Of a stretch of DNA of 64,000 bases, positions 14,001-26,000 are shown in pieces. Numbering within the stretch: the first letter of the stretch is position 1; each line of letters begins with the position of its first letter. The notes beneath the pieces were generated by a model. That model did no database searches and was not told the DNA's origin. It saw only the letters and a list, made by a program, of their open reading frames with translations. The stretch lies in NCBI RefSeq assembly GCF_963921235.1, contig NC_086101.1:9116001-9180000 (forward strand). Direction: 5' to 3'. Origin of the DNA: Mobula hypostoma. Lineage: Eukaryota. Both the position numbers and the translations under genes were made by a program.

Positions 14001-17000
14001 TGTAATTTTCAATCATCTGAAACAGAAATACCACAAAAGTTATTAACTTCAAACTTTCTGTATAATCACTCAAAGAGTTGAACTGCACGTGAATGTAACG
14101 AGAGCTGTATAACCCATCTCCTTCTACGTTGGCCATAAACTTATCAATCACCCCTCATAAGTCATTTATATACAGCATAAACAGAAGTGATCCCAACACT
14201 GACCCCTGTGGAACACCACTAATCACTGGCAACCAACTAGGATGTGATAATTTTATTCCCACTCGCTGTCTCCTACCGATCAGCCAATGCTCTAAACATG
14301 CCAGTAACTTTCCTGTAATACCATGGGCTCTTAACTTGGTGAGTAGCCTCGTGTGGCAACTTGTCAAAGGCTTTCTGAAAATCCATATAGACATTTCCCC
14401 CATCCAAAGGTAGAGCGTTCCTATGAAACGGTTCGTAAGCCAGAATGTCGTAAATTTAAGAAGCAATTACCATTTATTTATATGGGAAAAATTTGTGAGC
14501 GTTCGCAGACCCAAAAAATAACCTACCAAATCATGCCAAGTAACACATAAAACCTAAAGTAACAGTAACATACAGTAAAAGCAGGAATGATATGATAAAT
14601 ACACAGCCTATATCAAGTAGAAATAATGTATGTACAGTGTAGTATCACTTACCGGAATTGGGAAGATAGCGCTGAGCACACTGATGATGGTGTGTTAGGC
14701 TGAGTCGTCGGAGGTTGGGTTGGTGCAGTGGTGCCTAACCTCCAGGCCGCCAACCGATACCAATCCACGAAGCATGCAGCAGTACAGCGGTAGCTGGGAC
14801 ACACCCAATGCATCTTTAGGAAAAAAGCCAAAATAAACAAGCTAATTAATTAGGTGCCGCTCGGCACATAAATATCAGCCCAGATCAGAGGCGATTGCTG
14901 ATTGCGTCGCATTAGGGTTAGGGTTAGTCTCTGATCTGTCGCCTCTGATATGAAAACAGGTAACTAATGTAGCTCAAACAACAGGAATTCTGCAGATGCT
15001 GGAAATTCAAGCAACACACATCAAAGTTGCTGGTGAATGCAGCAGGCCAAGCAGCATCTGTAGGAAGAGGTGCAGTTGACGTTTCAGTCCGAGACCCTTC
15101 GTCAGGACTAACTGAAGGAAGAGTGACCCTTACTCACTCTTCCTTCAGTTAGTCCTGACGAAGGGTCTCGGCCTGAAACGTCGACTGCACCTCTTCCTAC
15201 AGATGCTGCTTGGCCTGCTGCGTTCACCAGCAACTAATGTAGCTCTTTCGTAACAGTGAAATTTTGTAAAGCGAACGTTCGAAAAGCGGGGGACACCTGT
15301 GTACAACATCTCCTTTATCTATCCTACGCGGAATCTCCTCAACGAATTCCAACAGGTTCGTTGGTCAAGATTTTTCCTGAAGGAACCATGCTGAATTTGT
15401 CCTATCTTGTCCTGCGTCACCAAGTACTCCATCAGCTCATCCTTACCAATTGACTCTAACATCTTCCCAGACACTGAAGTTTGGCTAACTGGTCATAATA
15501 CCCTTTCTGCTGCCTTCCTCCTTTCTTAAAGAGTGGAGTGACATTTGCAATATTCCAGTCGTCTGGCACCATACCAGAGTCAAATGATTTTTGAAAGATC
15601 ATTACTAATGGCTCCACAATCTGAACCACTACCTCTTGCAGACCCCAAAGGTGCAGTTCATCTGGTCTGGGTCATTTATGTACCCTTAGGTCTTTCAGCT
15701 TTTTGAGCACCTTCTACCTTGTAAAATTAACTGCACTCACTTAGTTCTCCTGCCACCTACTTGTCCGCATTATTACTTCTCCGGCGTCATTTTCTTGCAA
15801 TCCTACATCCATTCTCTATTATTTTTACATACTTGAAAAAGCTTTTATTATCCACTTTGATATTGTTTGCTGGCTTGCTTTCATATTTCATCTTTTCCCT
15901 CCTAATGATTCTTTCAGTTGCTCTCTGTAGGGTTTTAAATCTTCTCAATCACTTGTCATCTGCAAACTTGGAGATGCTGCATTTAATTCCCTCATCCAAG
16001 TCATTAATATATATTGTAAACAACTGGGGTCCCAGCACTGAGCCTTGCGGTACCCCACTAGTCGCTGCCTGCCATTCTGAAAAGGTCCCGTTCATTCCCA
16101 CTCTTTGCTTCCTGTCTGCCAACCAATTCTCTATCCACATCAATACCATACCCCCAATACCATGTGCTTTAAGTTTGCACACTAATCTCCTGTGTGGGAC
16201 CTTGTCAAAAGCCTTTTGAAAATCCAAATATACCATATCCACTGGTTCTCCCCTATCCACTTTACTAGTTACATCCTCAAAATATTCTATGAGATTTGTC
16301 AGACATGATTTTCCTTTCACAAATCCATGCTGACTTTGTCCAATGATTTCACCGCTTTCCAAATGTGCTGTTATCACATCTTTGATAACTGACTTTAGAA
16401 CTTTCCCCACCACCGATGTTAGGCTAACCGGTCTATAATTCTCCGGTTTCCCTCTCCCTCCTTTTTTAAATAGAATAAATGGTGTAAAGACAGTAAGGCA
16501 GAAGGGCTGAAATGTGTGTACCTCAATGCAAGAAGCATCAGGAACAAAGGTGATGAACAGTGAGCTTGGATACATAGAACATAGAACAGTACAGCACAGT
16601 ACAGCACAGTACAGGCCCTTTGGCCCACAATGTTGTGCCGACCCTCAAACCCTGCCTCCCATATAAGCCCCCACCTTAAATTCCTCCATATCCGTGTCTA
16701 GTAGTCTCTTAAACTTCACTAGTGTATCTGCCTTCACCACTGACTCAGGCAGTGCATTCTACGCACCAACCACTCCCCGAGTGAAAAACCTTCCGCTAAT
16801 ATCACCCTTGAACTTCCCACACCTTACCTTAAAGCCATGTCCTCTTGTTTTGAGCAGTGGTGCCCTGGGGAAGAGGCACTGGCTATTCACTCTATCTATT
16901 CCTCTTAATATCTTGTACACCTCTATCAAGTCTCCTCTCATCCTCCTTCTCTCCAAAGAGTAAAGCCCTAGCTCCCTTAATCTCTGATCATAATGCATAC

Positions 17001-20000
17001 TCTCTAAATCAGGCAGCATCCTGGAAAATCTCCTCTGTACCCTTTCCAATGCTTCCACATCCTTCCTATAGTGAGGTGACCAGAACTGGACACAGTACTC
17101 CAAGTGTGGCCTAACCAGAGTTTTATAGAGCTGCATCATTACATCGTGACTCTGAAACTCTATCCCTCGATTTATGAAAGCGAACACCAAATAAGCTTTC
17201 TAACTACCCTATCCACTTGTGAGGCAACTTTCGGGGATCTGTGGATATGTACCCCCAGATCCCTCTGCTTCTCCACACTACCAAGTATCCTGCCATTTAC
17301 TTTGTACTCTGCCTTGGAGTTTGTCCTTACAAAATGTACCACCTCACACTTCTCCGGGTTGAACTCCATCTGCCACTTCTCAGTCCACTCCTGCATCCTA
17401 TCAATTTCTCTCTGCAATCTTTGACAATCCTCTACACTATCTACAACACCTCCAACCTTTGTGTCGTCTGCAAACTTGCCAACCCACCCTTCTACCCCAA
17501 CATCCAGGTCGTTAATAAAAATCACAAAAAGTAGAGGTCCCAGAACAGATCCTTGTGGGACACCACTGGTCACAATCCTCCAATCTGAATGTACTCCCTC
17601 CACCACCACCCTCTGCCTTCTGCAGGCAAGCCAATTCTGAATCCATCTGGCCAAACTTCCCTGGATCCCATGCCTTCTGACTTTCTGAATAAGCCTACCA
17701 TGTGGAACCTTGTCAAATGCCTTAATAAAATCCATATAGATCACATCCACTGCACTACCCTCATCTATATGCCTGGTCAGCTCCTCAAAGAACTCTATCA
17801 GGCTTGTTAGACACGATCTGCGCTTCAGAATGCCTTGCTGACTGTCCTTGATCAAACCATGATTCTCTAAATGCCCAGAGATCCTATCTCTAAGAACCTT
17901 TTCCAACAGCTTTCCCACCACAGACGTAAGACTCATTGGTCTATAATTACCCGGACTATCCCCACTACCTTTTTTGAACAAGGGGACAACATTCGCCTCC
18001 CTCCAATCCTCCGGTACCATTCCCGTGGACAACAAGGACATAAAGATCCTAGCCAGAGGCTCAGCAATCTCTTCCCTCGCCTAGTGGAGCAGCCTGGGGA
18101 ATATTCCATCAGGCCCTGGGGACTTATCCGTCCGAATGTATTTTAACAACTCCAACACCTCCTCTCCCGTAATATCAACATGCTCCAGAACTTCAACCTC
18201 ACTCATATTGTCCTCACCATCATCAAGTTCCCTCTCATTGGTGAATACCAAAGAGAAGTATTCATTGAGGACCTCACTCACTTCCACAGCCTCCAGGCAC
18301 ATCTTCCCACCTTTATCTCTAATCGGTCCTACCTTCACTCCCGTCATCCTGTTTTTCTTCACATAATTGAAGAATGACTTGGGGTTTTCCTTTACCCTAC
18401 TTACCAAGGCCTTCTCATGCCCCCTTCTTGCTCTTCTCAGCCCCTTCTCAAGCTCCTTTCTTGCTTCCCTATATTCCTCAATAGACTCGTCTGATCCCTG
18501 CTTCCTAAACCTCATGCATGCTGCCTTCTTCCACCTGACTAGATTTTCCGCCTCACTTGTCACCCATGCTTCCTTCACCCTACCATTCTTTATCTTCCTC
18601 ACCGGGACAAATTTATCCCTAACATCCTGCAAGAGTTCTCTAAACATCGACCACATGTCCATTGTACATTTCCCTGCAAAAACATCATCCCAATTCACAC
18701 CCACAAGTTCTAGCCATATAACCTCATAATTTTCCCTTCCCCAATTAAAAATTTTCCTGTCCTCTCTGATTCTATCCTTTTCCATGATAATGCTGAAGGC
18801 CAGGGAGCGGTGGTCACTGTCCCCCAGATGCTCACCCACTGAGAGATCTGTGACCTGATCCGGTTCATTACCTAGTACTAGATCTAGTATGGCATTCCCC
18901 CTAGTCGGCCTGTCCACATACAGTGAGAGGAATCCATCCTGGACACATTTAACAAACTCTGCCCCATCTAAACCCTTGGAACTAATCAGGTGCCAGTCAA
19001 TATTAGGGAAGTTAAAGTCACCCATGATAACAACCCTGTTATTTTTGCACCTTTCCAAAATCTGCCTCCCAATCTGCTCCTCTGTATCTCTGCTGCTACC
19101 AGGGGGCCTATAGAATACCCCCAGTAGAGTAACTGCTCCCTTCCTGTTCCTGACTTCCACCCATTCTGACTCAAAAGAAGATCCTGCTACATTACCTGCC
19201 CTTTCTGTAGCTGTTATAGCATCCCTGACCAGTAATGTCTCCCCTCCTTCCCTTTTTTTGCCCTCTCTATCCCTTTTAAAGCACTGAAATCCAGGAATAC
19301 TGAGAATCCATTCCTGCCCTGGTGCCAGCCAAGTCTCTGTAATGGCCACTACATCATAATTCTATGTATGTGTAAGAAATAAAGTGTATGATCTTGTTGC
19401 ATGATTGCAAATTGCCAGGTATGATGTTGCAGCCATCACTGAATTGTGGCTGAAGGATGGTTGTAGTTGGGAGCTGACTGTCCAAGGTTACACATTATAT
19501 CGGAGTGATTGGAAGGTAGGCAGAGGGGGTGGTGTGGCTCTACTGGTAAAGAATGGCATCAAATCAGTAGAAGGATGTGACATAGGATTGGAAGATGTTG
19601 AATACTTGTGGGTTGAGTTTCGAAACAGCAAGGATAAAAGGACATTGGTGGCTGCTATATACAGGCCTCCCAACAGAGCTGGAAGGTGGACCACAGATTA
19701 CAACAGGAAATAGAAAAGGTGTGTCAAAAGGGCAATGTTACGGTAGTCATGGGAGATTTTAACATGCAGCTCAATTGGGAAAATCTGGTTGGTAATGGAT
19801 GTCGAAAGTGAGTTTGTTGAATCCCTAAGAGATGGCATTTAAAGCAGTTTGCATTGATCTACCAGGGGATGAGCTATAGTGGATTGGCTGTTATGTAATG
19901 AACCGGAGGCGATTAGGGAGCTGACAGTAAAAAACCCTTAGGAACCAGTGATCACAGTATGATTGAGTTCAACTTGTAACTGGATAGGGAGAAAGTAAAG

Positions 20001-23000
20001 TCTGATGTAGCAGTATTTCAGTGGAGTAAGGGAAATTACAGTGGTATGAGAGAGGTGTTGGCCAAAGTAATTTGGAAAGAGCTGCTGGCAGGGATGTCAG
20101 CAGAGCAGCAATGGTGTGTGTTTCTGGGAAAAATGAGAAAGCTGCAGGACACGAGTATTTTTTCATTTCTTCCAAAAACTGAAGAAATACTCAAATTGTG
20201 AAATCGTACAACCATGGCTGACAAGGGAAGTCAAAGCCATTGTAAAAGCAAAAGAAAGAGCAGACAACAAAGCAAATATTAGTGGGATGATAGCAGATTG
20301 GGAAGTTTTTAAAAACCTACAGAGAGCAACTAAAAACATCATTGGAAGGGAAAAGATGAAATATGAATGCAAGCTAGCAAATAATATCAAAGTAGACAGT
20401 AAAAGTTTTTTCAAGTATGTTAAAAATAAAAGAGAAATGAGAGTGGATATAAGACCACTAGAAAATGAGGCAGGAGAAATAATAACAGGCGACAAGGAGA
20501 TGGCTGGTGAACTAAATGACTATTTTGCATCAGGCTTCACTGTGGAAGACACTGGCAGTGTGCCTGATGTTGTAGTGTGTGAAGGAAGAGAAGTGGGTGC
20601 AGTTACTATTACAAGAGAGAAGGTGCTCAAAAAGCTGAAAGACGTAAAAGTTCATAAGTCACCTGGACAAGAGGAACTGCACCCTAGGGTTCTGAAAGAG
20701 GTCGCATTAGTGTTTGCGGTGACATTTCAAAAATGATTGGACTCTTGCATGGTGTCAGAGGACTGGAAAATTGCAAATGTCACTCCGCTCTTTAAGAAAG
20801 GAGGAAGGCAGCAGAAAGGAAATTATAAACCAGTTAGCCTGACCTCAGTGGTTGGGAAAATGTTTGAGTCAATTGTTAAGGATGTGGTCATGGAGTACAT
20901 GGTGACACAGGACAAGATAGTATAAGGTCAGCATGGTTTCCGTCAGGGAAAATCCCGACTGACGAACCTGTTGGAATTACTTGAGGAGTTTATAAGCAGG
21001 ATAAATAAAGGAGATGCAGTGGATGTTGTATATTTGGACATTCAGAAGGTCTTTGACAAGGTGCCACACATGAGGCTGCTTCCCAAGTTAAGAGCCGGTG
21101 GTATTATAGGAAAGCTACTAACATGGTTAGAGCATTAGCTGATTGGTAGTAGGCAGAGTGGGAATAAAAGGATCCTTTTCTGGTTGGCTGCCAGTGACGA
21201 GAGGGGTTCTACAGGGGTCGGTGTTGGGACCACTTCTCTTTATGCTGTGTATAAATGATTTAGATGATGGAATAGATGGGTTTCTTTGCCAAGTTTGCAG
21301 ATGATACAAAGATTGGTGGATGGGCAGATAGTGTTGTGGAAACAGGTAGGATACAGAAGGAATTAGACAGATTAGGAGTATGGGCAAGAAAGTGGAAAAT
21401 GAAATACAATGTTGGAAAATGCATGGTCATGCACATTGGTAGTAGAAATAAATGTGCAGACTATTTTCTAAATGGGGAGAAAATCCAAAAATCTGAGATG
21501 AAAACTCCCAACTCTTTGTGCAGAACACCTTAAAGGGTGACTTGCAGGTTGAGTCGGTGGTGAGGAAGGCAAATGCCATGTTAGCATTGATTTCAAGAGG
21601 TCTAGAATACAAGAGCAGGGATGTGATGCTGAGGCTTTAAAAGTCACTGGTGAGGCCTCACCTTGAATATTGTGAACAGTTTTGGGCACCTCATCTGAGG
21701 AAGATGTGCTGGCATTGGAGAGGTTCCAGAGGAGGTTCACAAGGATAATGCCAGGAATGAAAGGGTTATCTTACAAGGAACGTTTCATGGCTCTGGGTCT
21801 GTACTCGCTGAAATTCAGAAGGATGATGGGGGGCGGGGGGGGAATCTCATTGAAACTTTTCTAATCTTGAAAGGCATAGACAGAGTAGATGTGGAAAGGA
21901 TGGTTCCCATGGTAGGAGAGTCCAGGACAAGAGGGCACAGCCTCAGGATAGAGGGGCGCCCTTTCAAAACAGAGATGAGGAGAAATTTCTTTAGCCAAAG
22001 GGTGGTGAGTTTGTTAAATTTGTTGCCACATGCAGCTGTGGAGGACAGGTCGTTGGGTGTATTTAAGGCAGAGATTGATAAGTTCTTGAATGGACATAGT
22101 TTCAAAGGTTACGGGGAGAAGGCTGGAAACTGGGCTTGAGGAAGAGATGAAAAATAGGATCAGCCATGATTGAATGGCGGAGCAGAGTCGATGGGCAGAT
22201 GGCCTAATTCTACTCCTGTGTCTTATGGTCTTTTAAACTTTATGTATCTGACGAAACTTTTGTTGTCCTTTTTAATATTATGGGCTATCTTAATTTTGTA
22301 TTCCCTCTTTACCTTCTTAATGACTTTTTTAATTGCCATTTAAAAGCTTCCCAATCCTCTAACTTTCCACTACTTTTTGCTCTGTTTTATTCCCTCTCTT
22401 TAGCTTTTATGTTGGCTTTGACTTCTCTTGTTAGCCACATCTTGCCTTCAGAGTACTTCTTTGGGCTGCAGAAACATAGAAACATAGAAAGCCTACAGCA
22501 CAATACAGGCCCTTAGGCCCAAAAAGCTGTGCCGAACATGTCCTTACCTGAGAATTTACCTGGGGTTACTCAAAGCCCTCTATTTTTCTAAGATTCATGT
22601 ACCTATCCAGGAGTCTCTTAAATGACCCGATCATATCTGCCTCCACCACCGTTGCTGGCAACCCATTCCACGCACTCACCACACTCTGTGTAAAAAAACT
22701 TACCCCTGACATCTCCTCTGTACCTGCTTCCAAGCACCTTAAAATTGTGCCCTCTCATGTTAGCCACCTCAGCCCTGGGAAAAATCCTCTGACTATCCTC
22801 TCGATCATTGCCTCTCATCATTTTATACACCCCTGTCAGGTCACTTCTCATCGTCCGTTGCTCTAAGGGAAAAAGGCCGATTTCACTCAACATATTCTCA
22901 TTAGGCATGCTTCCCAATCCAGGCAATGTCCTTGTGAATTCTCCTCGGCATCCTTTCCATGGTTTCCGCATCCTTCCTGTCATGAGGCGACCGGAATTGA

Positions 23001-26000
23001 GCACAGTACTCCCAGTGGGGTTTGACCAAGGTCCTATATAACTGCAACATTATCTCTCGACTCCAAAATTCAATCCCACAATTGATGAAGGCCAAAACAC
23101 TGTATGCCTTCTTAACCACAGAGTCAACCTGCGCAGCAGCTTTGAGTGTCCGATGGACTCTGACCCCAAGAACCCTCTGATCCTCCACACTGTCAAGAGT
23201 CCAAGAGTCATTAATACTATATTCTCCCATCATATTTGACTTGTCAAAGTGAACCACCTCACACTTACCTGGGTTGAACTCCATCTGCCACTTTTCAGCC
23301 AAGTTTTGCATCCTATCAATTTCCCACTGTAAACTCTGGCAGCCCTCCACACTATCCACAACACCCCAACCTTTGTGTCATCAGCAAATTTACTGACCCA
23401 TCCCTCCACTTCCTCATCCAGGTTATTTTTAAAAATCATGAAGAATAGGCGTCCCAGAACAGATCCCTGAGGCACACCACTGGTCCCTGACCTCCATGCA
23501 GAATATGATCTATGCTTTGCCTTCTGTGGGTCAGCCAATTCTGGATCCACAAAGCAATGTCCCCTTGGATCCCATTCCTCCTTACTTTCTCAATAAGCCT
23601 TGCATGGGGTATCTTGTCAAATGCCTTGCTGAAATTCCATATAATACTCTACCTTCATCAGTGTGTTTAGTTACATCCTCCAAAATTCAATCAGGCTTGT
23701 AAGGCGCGACCTGCCTTTGACAAATCCATGCTGACTATTCCTAATCATATTATGCCTCTCCAAATGTTCATAAATCCTGCCTCTCAGGATCTTTTCCATC
23801 AACTTACCAACCACTGAAGTAAGTCTCACTGGTTTATAATTTCCTGGGCTATCTCTACTCACTTTCTTGAATAAGAGAACAACATCTGCAACCCTCCAAT
23901 CCTCCAGAACCTCACCCATCCTCATTCATGATGCAAAGAACATCGCCAGATGCTCAGCAGTCTCCTACTTCCCACAGTAGCCTGGGGTACATCTTGTCTG
24001 GTGCCGGTGATCCAACTTGATACTTTCCAAAAGCTCCAGCACATCCTCTTTCTTAATATCTACATGCTCAAGCTTTTCAGACCACTGTAAGCCATCCCTA
24101 CAATTGCCAAGATCCTTATCCATAGTGAATACTGAAGCAAAGTATTCATTAAGTACCTCTGCTATCTCCTGTGGTTCCATGTACACTTTTCCACTGTCAC
24201 ACTTGATTGATCCTATTCTCTCACATCTTATCCTCTTCACATATTTGTAGAATGCCTTGGGATTTTCCTTAATCCTGTCCTAATCCCATTTGTTTCCCTG
24301 AGAACATCTGTTTCCAATTTATGCTTCCAAGTTCCTGCCTGATAGCCTCATATTTCCCCTTACCCCAATTAAACATTTTCCTAACTTGCTTGTTCCTATC
24401 CCGCTCCAGTGCTATGGTAAAGGAGATAGAATTGTGATCACAGGAGATGGAATTGTACATATCCTGTGTCTTCTGAATTGCTTCCAGAAGTTCCAGCCAT
24501 TCCTGCTGTACCGATCTTCCTGACAGTGTTGTTTTCCAATCAATTCTGGCCAACTCCTCTCTCATGTCTCTGTGGTTCCCTTTACTACACTGTCATCCTA
24601 ATGTATCTGACTTTAGCTTCTCTGCAAATTTCAGGGTGAATTTGATCATATTATGATCACTTGTCCCTGAGTCTTTTATCTTAAGTTATCTAATTAAATC
24701 TAATCAACACCCAATCCAGAGTAGCTGATCCTCTTCTGGGCTCAACCACGAGCTGCTCTCGAAAGCCATCTCATAGGCACTCTCAGAGTTCTCCCTCCTG
24801 TAATCCAGCACCAGCCTGATTTTCCCAGTCTACCAATCTACCCATGACCATGGTAACATTGCCCTTTTGGCATGTATTTTTTATCTCCCATTGTAATTTG
24901 CAAGCCAAATCCCTACTACTGTTTAGGGGTCTGTATACAACTCATGTCAGGGTCTTTTAACCCCTGCAGTTCCTTAGCTCTATCCACAATGATTCAATAC
25001 CTTCTGACCCTCTGTCATCTTTCTCATGATTTGATTTCATTTTTTACCAACAGAGCAATGGTGCCCCATCTCCCTTCCTGCCTGTCCTGTTGATAACAAT
25101 GTTTATCCATGGACATTAAGCTCCTTGCTGTAATCTTTCACCCATGATTCAGTGATGCCTACAACATCATACCTGCCAATCTGCAACTGTGCTGCAAGTT
25201 TATCTACCTTGTTCCATATACTGCGTGCATTCAGATACAACACCTTCAGTCCTTTTTCAATTTTATGTTGCAACTCATTCTGTTGAATACAATTTTGTCC
25301 TATCAACAGCCTCTCCTCACGACACATTACCTCCGTCTGTAAACCAGCTGCCTCATCTTCAACACTATTATCCACCTTTCCTACGATACTCCTTGCATTG
25401 AAATATATTGAGCTTAGGACACTAGTTGCACCATGCTCAACCTTTTGATTCCTAACTTTGTCTGAGGTCTTATCTCCACAACCTCTCGACTAACTGTTCT
25501 GGCACTTTGGTTCCCACCCCCCTACAACTCCAGTTTAAACTCCACCGTGCAGCATTAACAAACCTTCCCACCAGGATATTAGTCCCCTCCAGTTCAGGTG
25601 CAAATTGTCTTTTCTGTACAGGCCCCACCTTCCCTGGAAGGAGCCCAATGATCCAAAAATCTTATGCCCTCCCTCCTACACCAACTCCTTAGTCACATAT
25701 TAAACTGTATAATCTTGCTTGTTCTGGCCTCACCAGCATGTGGCACGGAGAGCAATCCTGAGATCACAACCCTGGAGGTCCTGCCCTTTAACTCAGCACC
25801 TAAAGCCTTGAACTCCCTTTGCAGAACCTCATCACTCATCCGACCCATGTCAGTGGTACCAATATGGACCACGACTTCTGGCTGTTCACCCTCACACTTA
25901 AGAATGCTGAGGACTCAATCCGAGATATCCCAGACCCTGGCACCCGGGAGGCAACATCCCATCTGGGAATCTCGCTGTCGCCCACAGAGCCTCCTGTCCT

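Larger units (their letters stand above)
14388..15299. mobile_element. Tigger/pogo-like non-autonomous DNA transposon
   Basis: Right end ...gcgaacgttcgaaaagcgggggacacctg, a degenerate left end after TA, and cgtaa-type subterminal motifs. It interrupts the CR1 at aaatccata|tacaacatc. Confidence 0.6.
12965..15950 (-). mobile_element. Old CR1 LINE interrupted by a mariner MITE and a Tigger-like element
   Basis: RT fragments at 13394-13933, 14155-14390 and 15300-15950 join up once the insertions are removed (INDL|DDG across the MITE). Confidence 0.8.
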
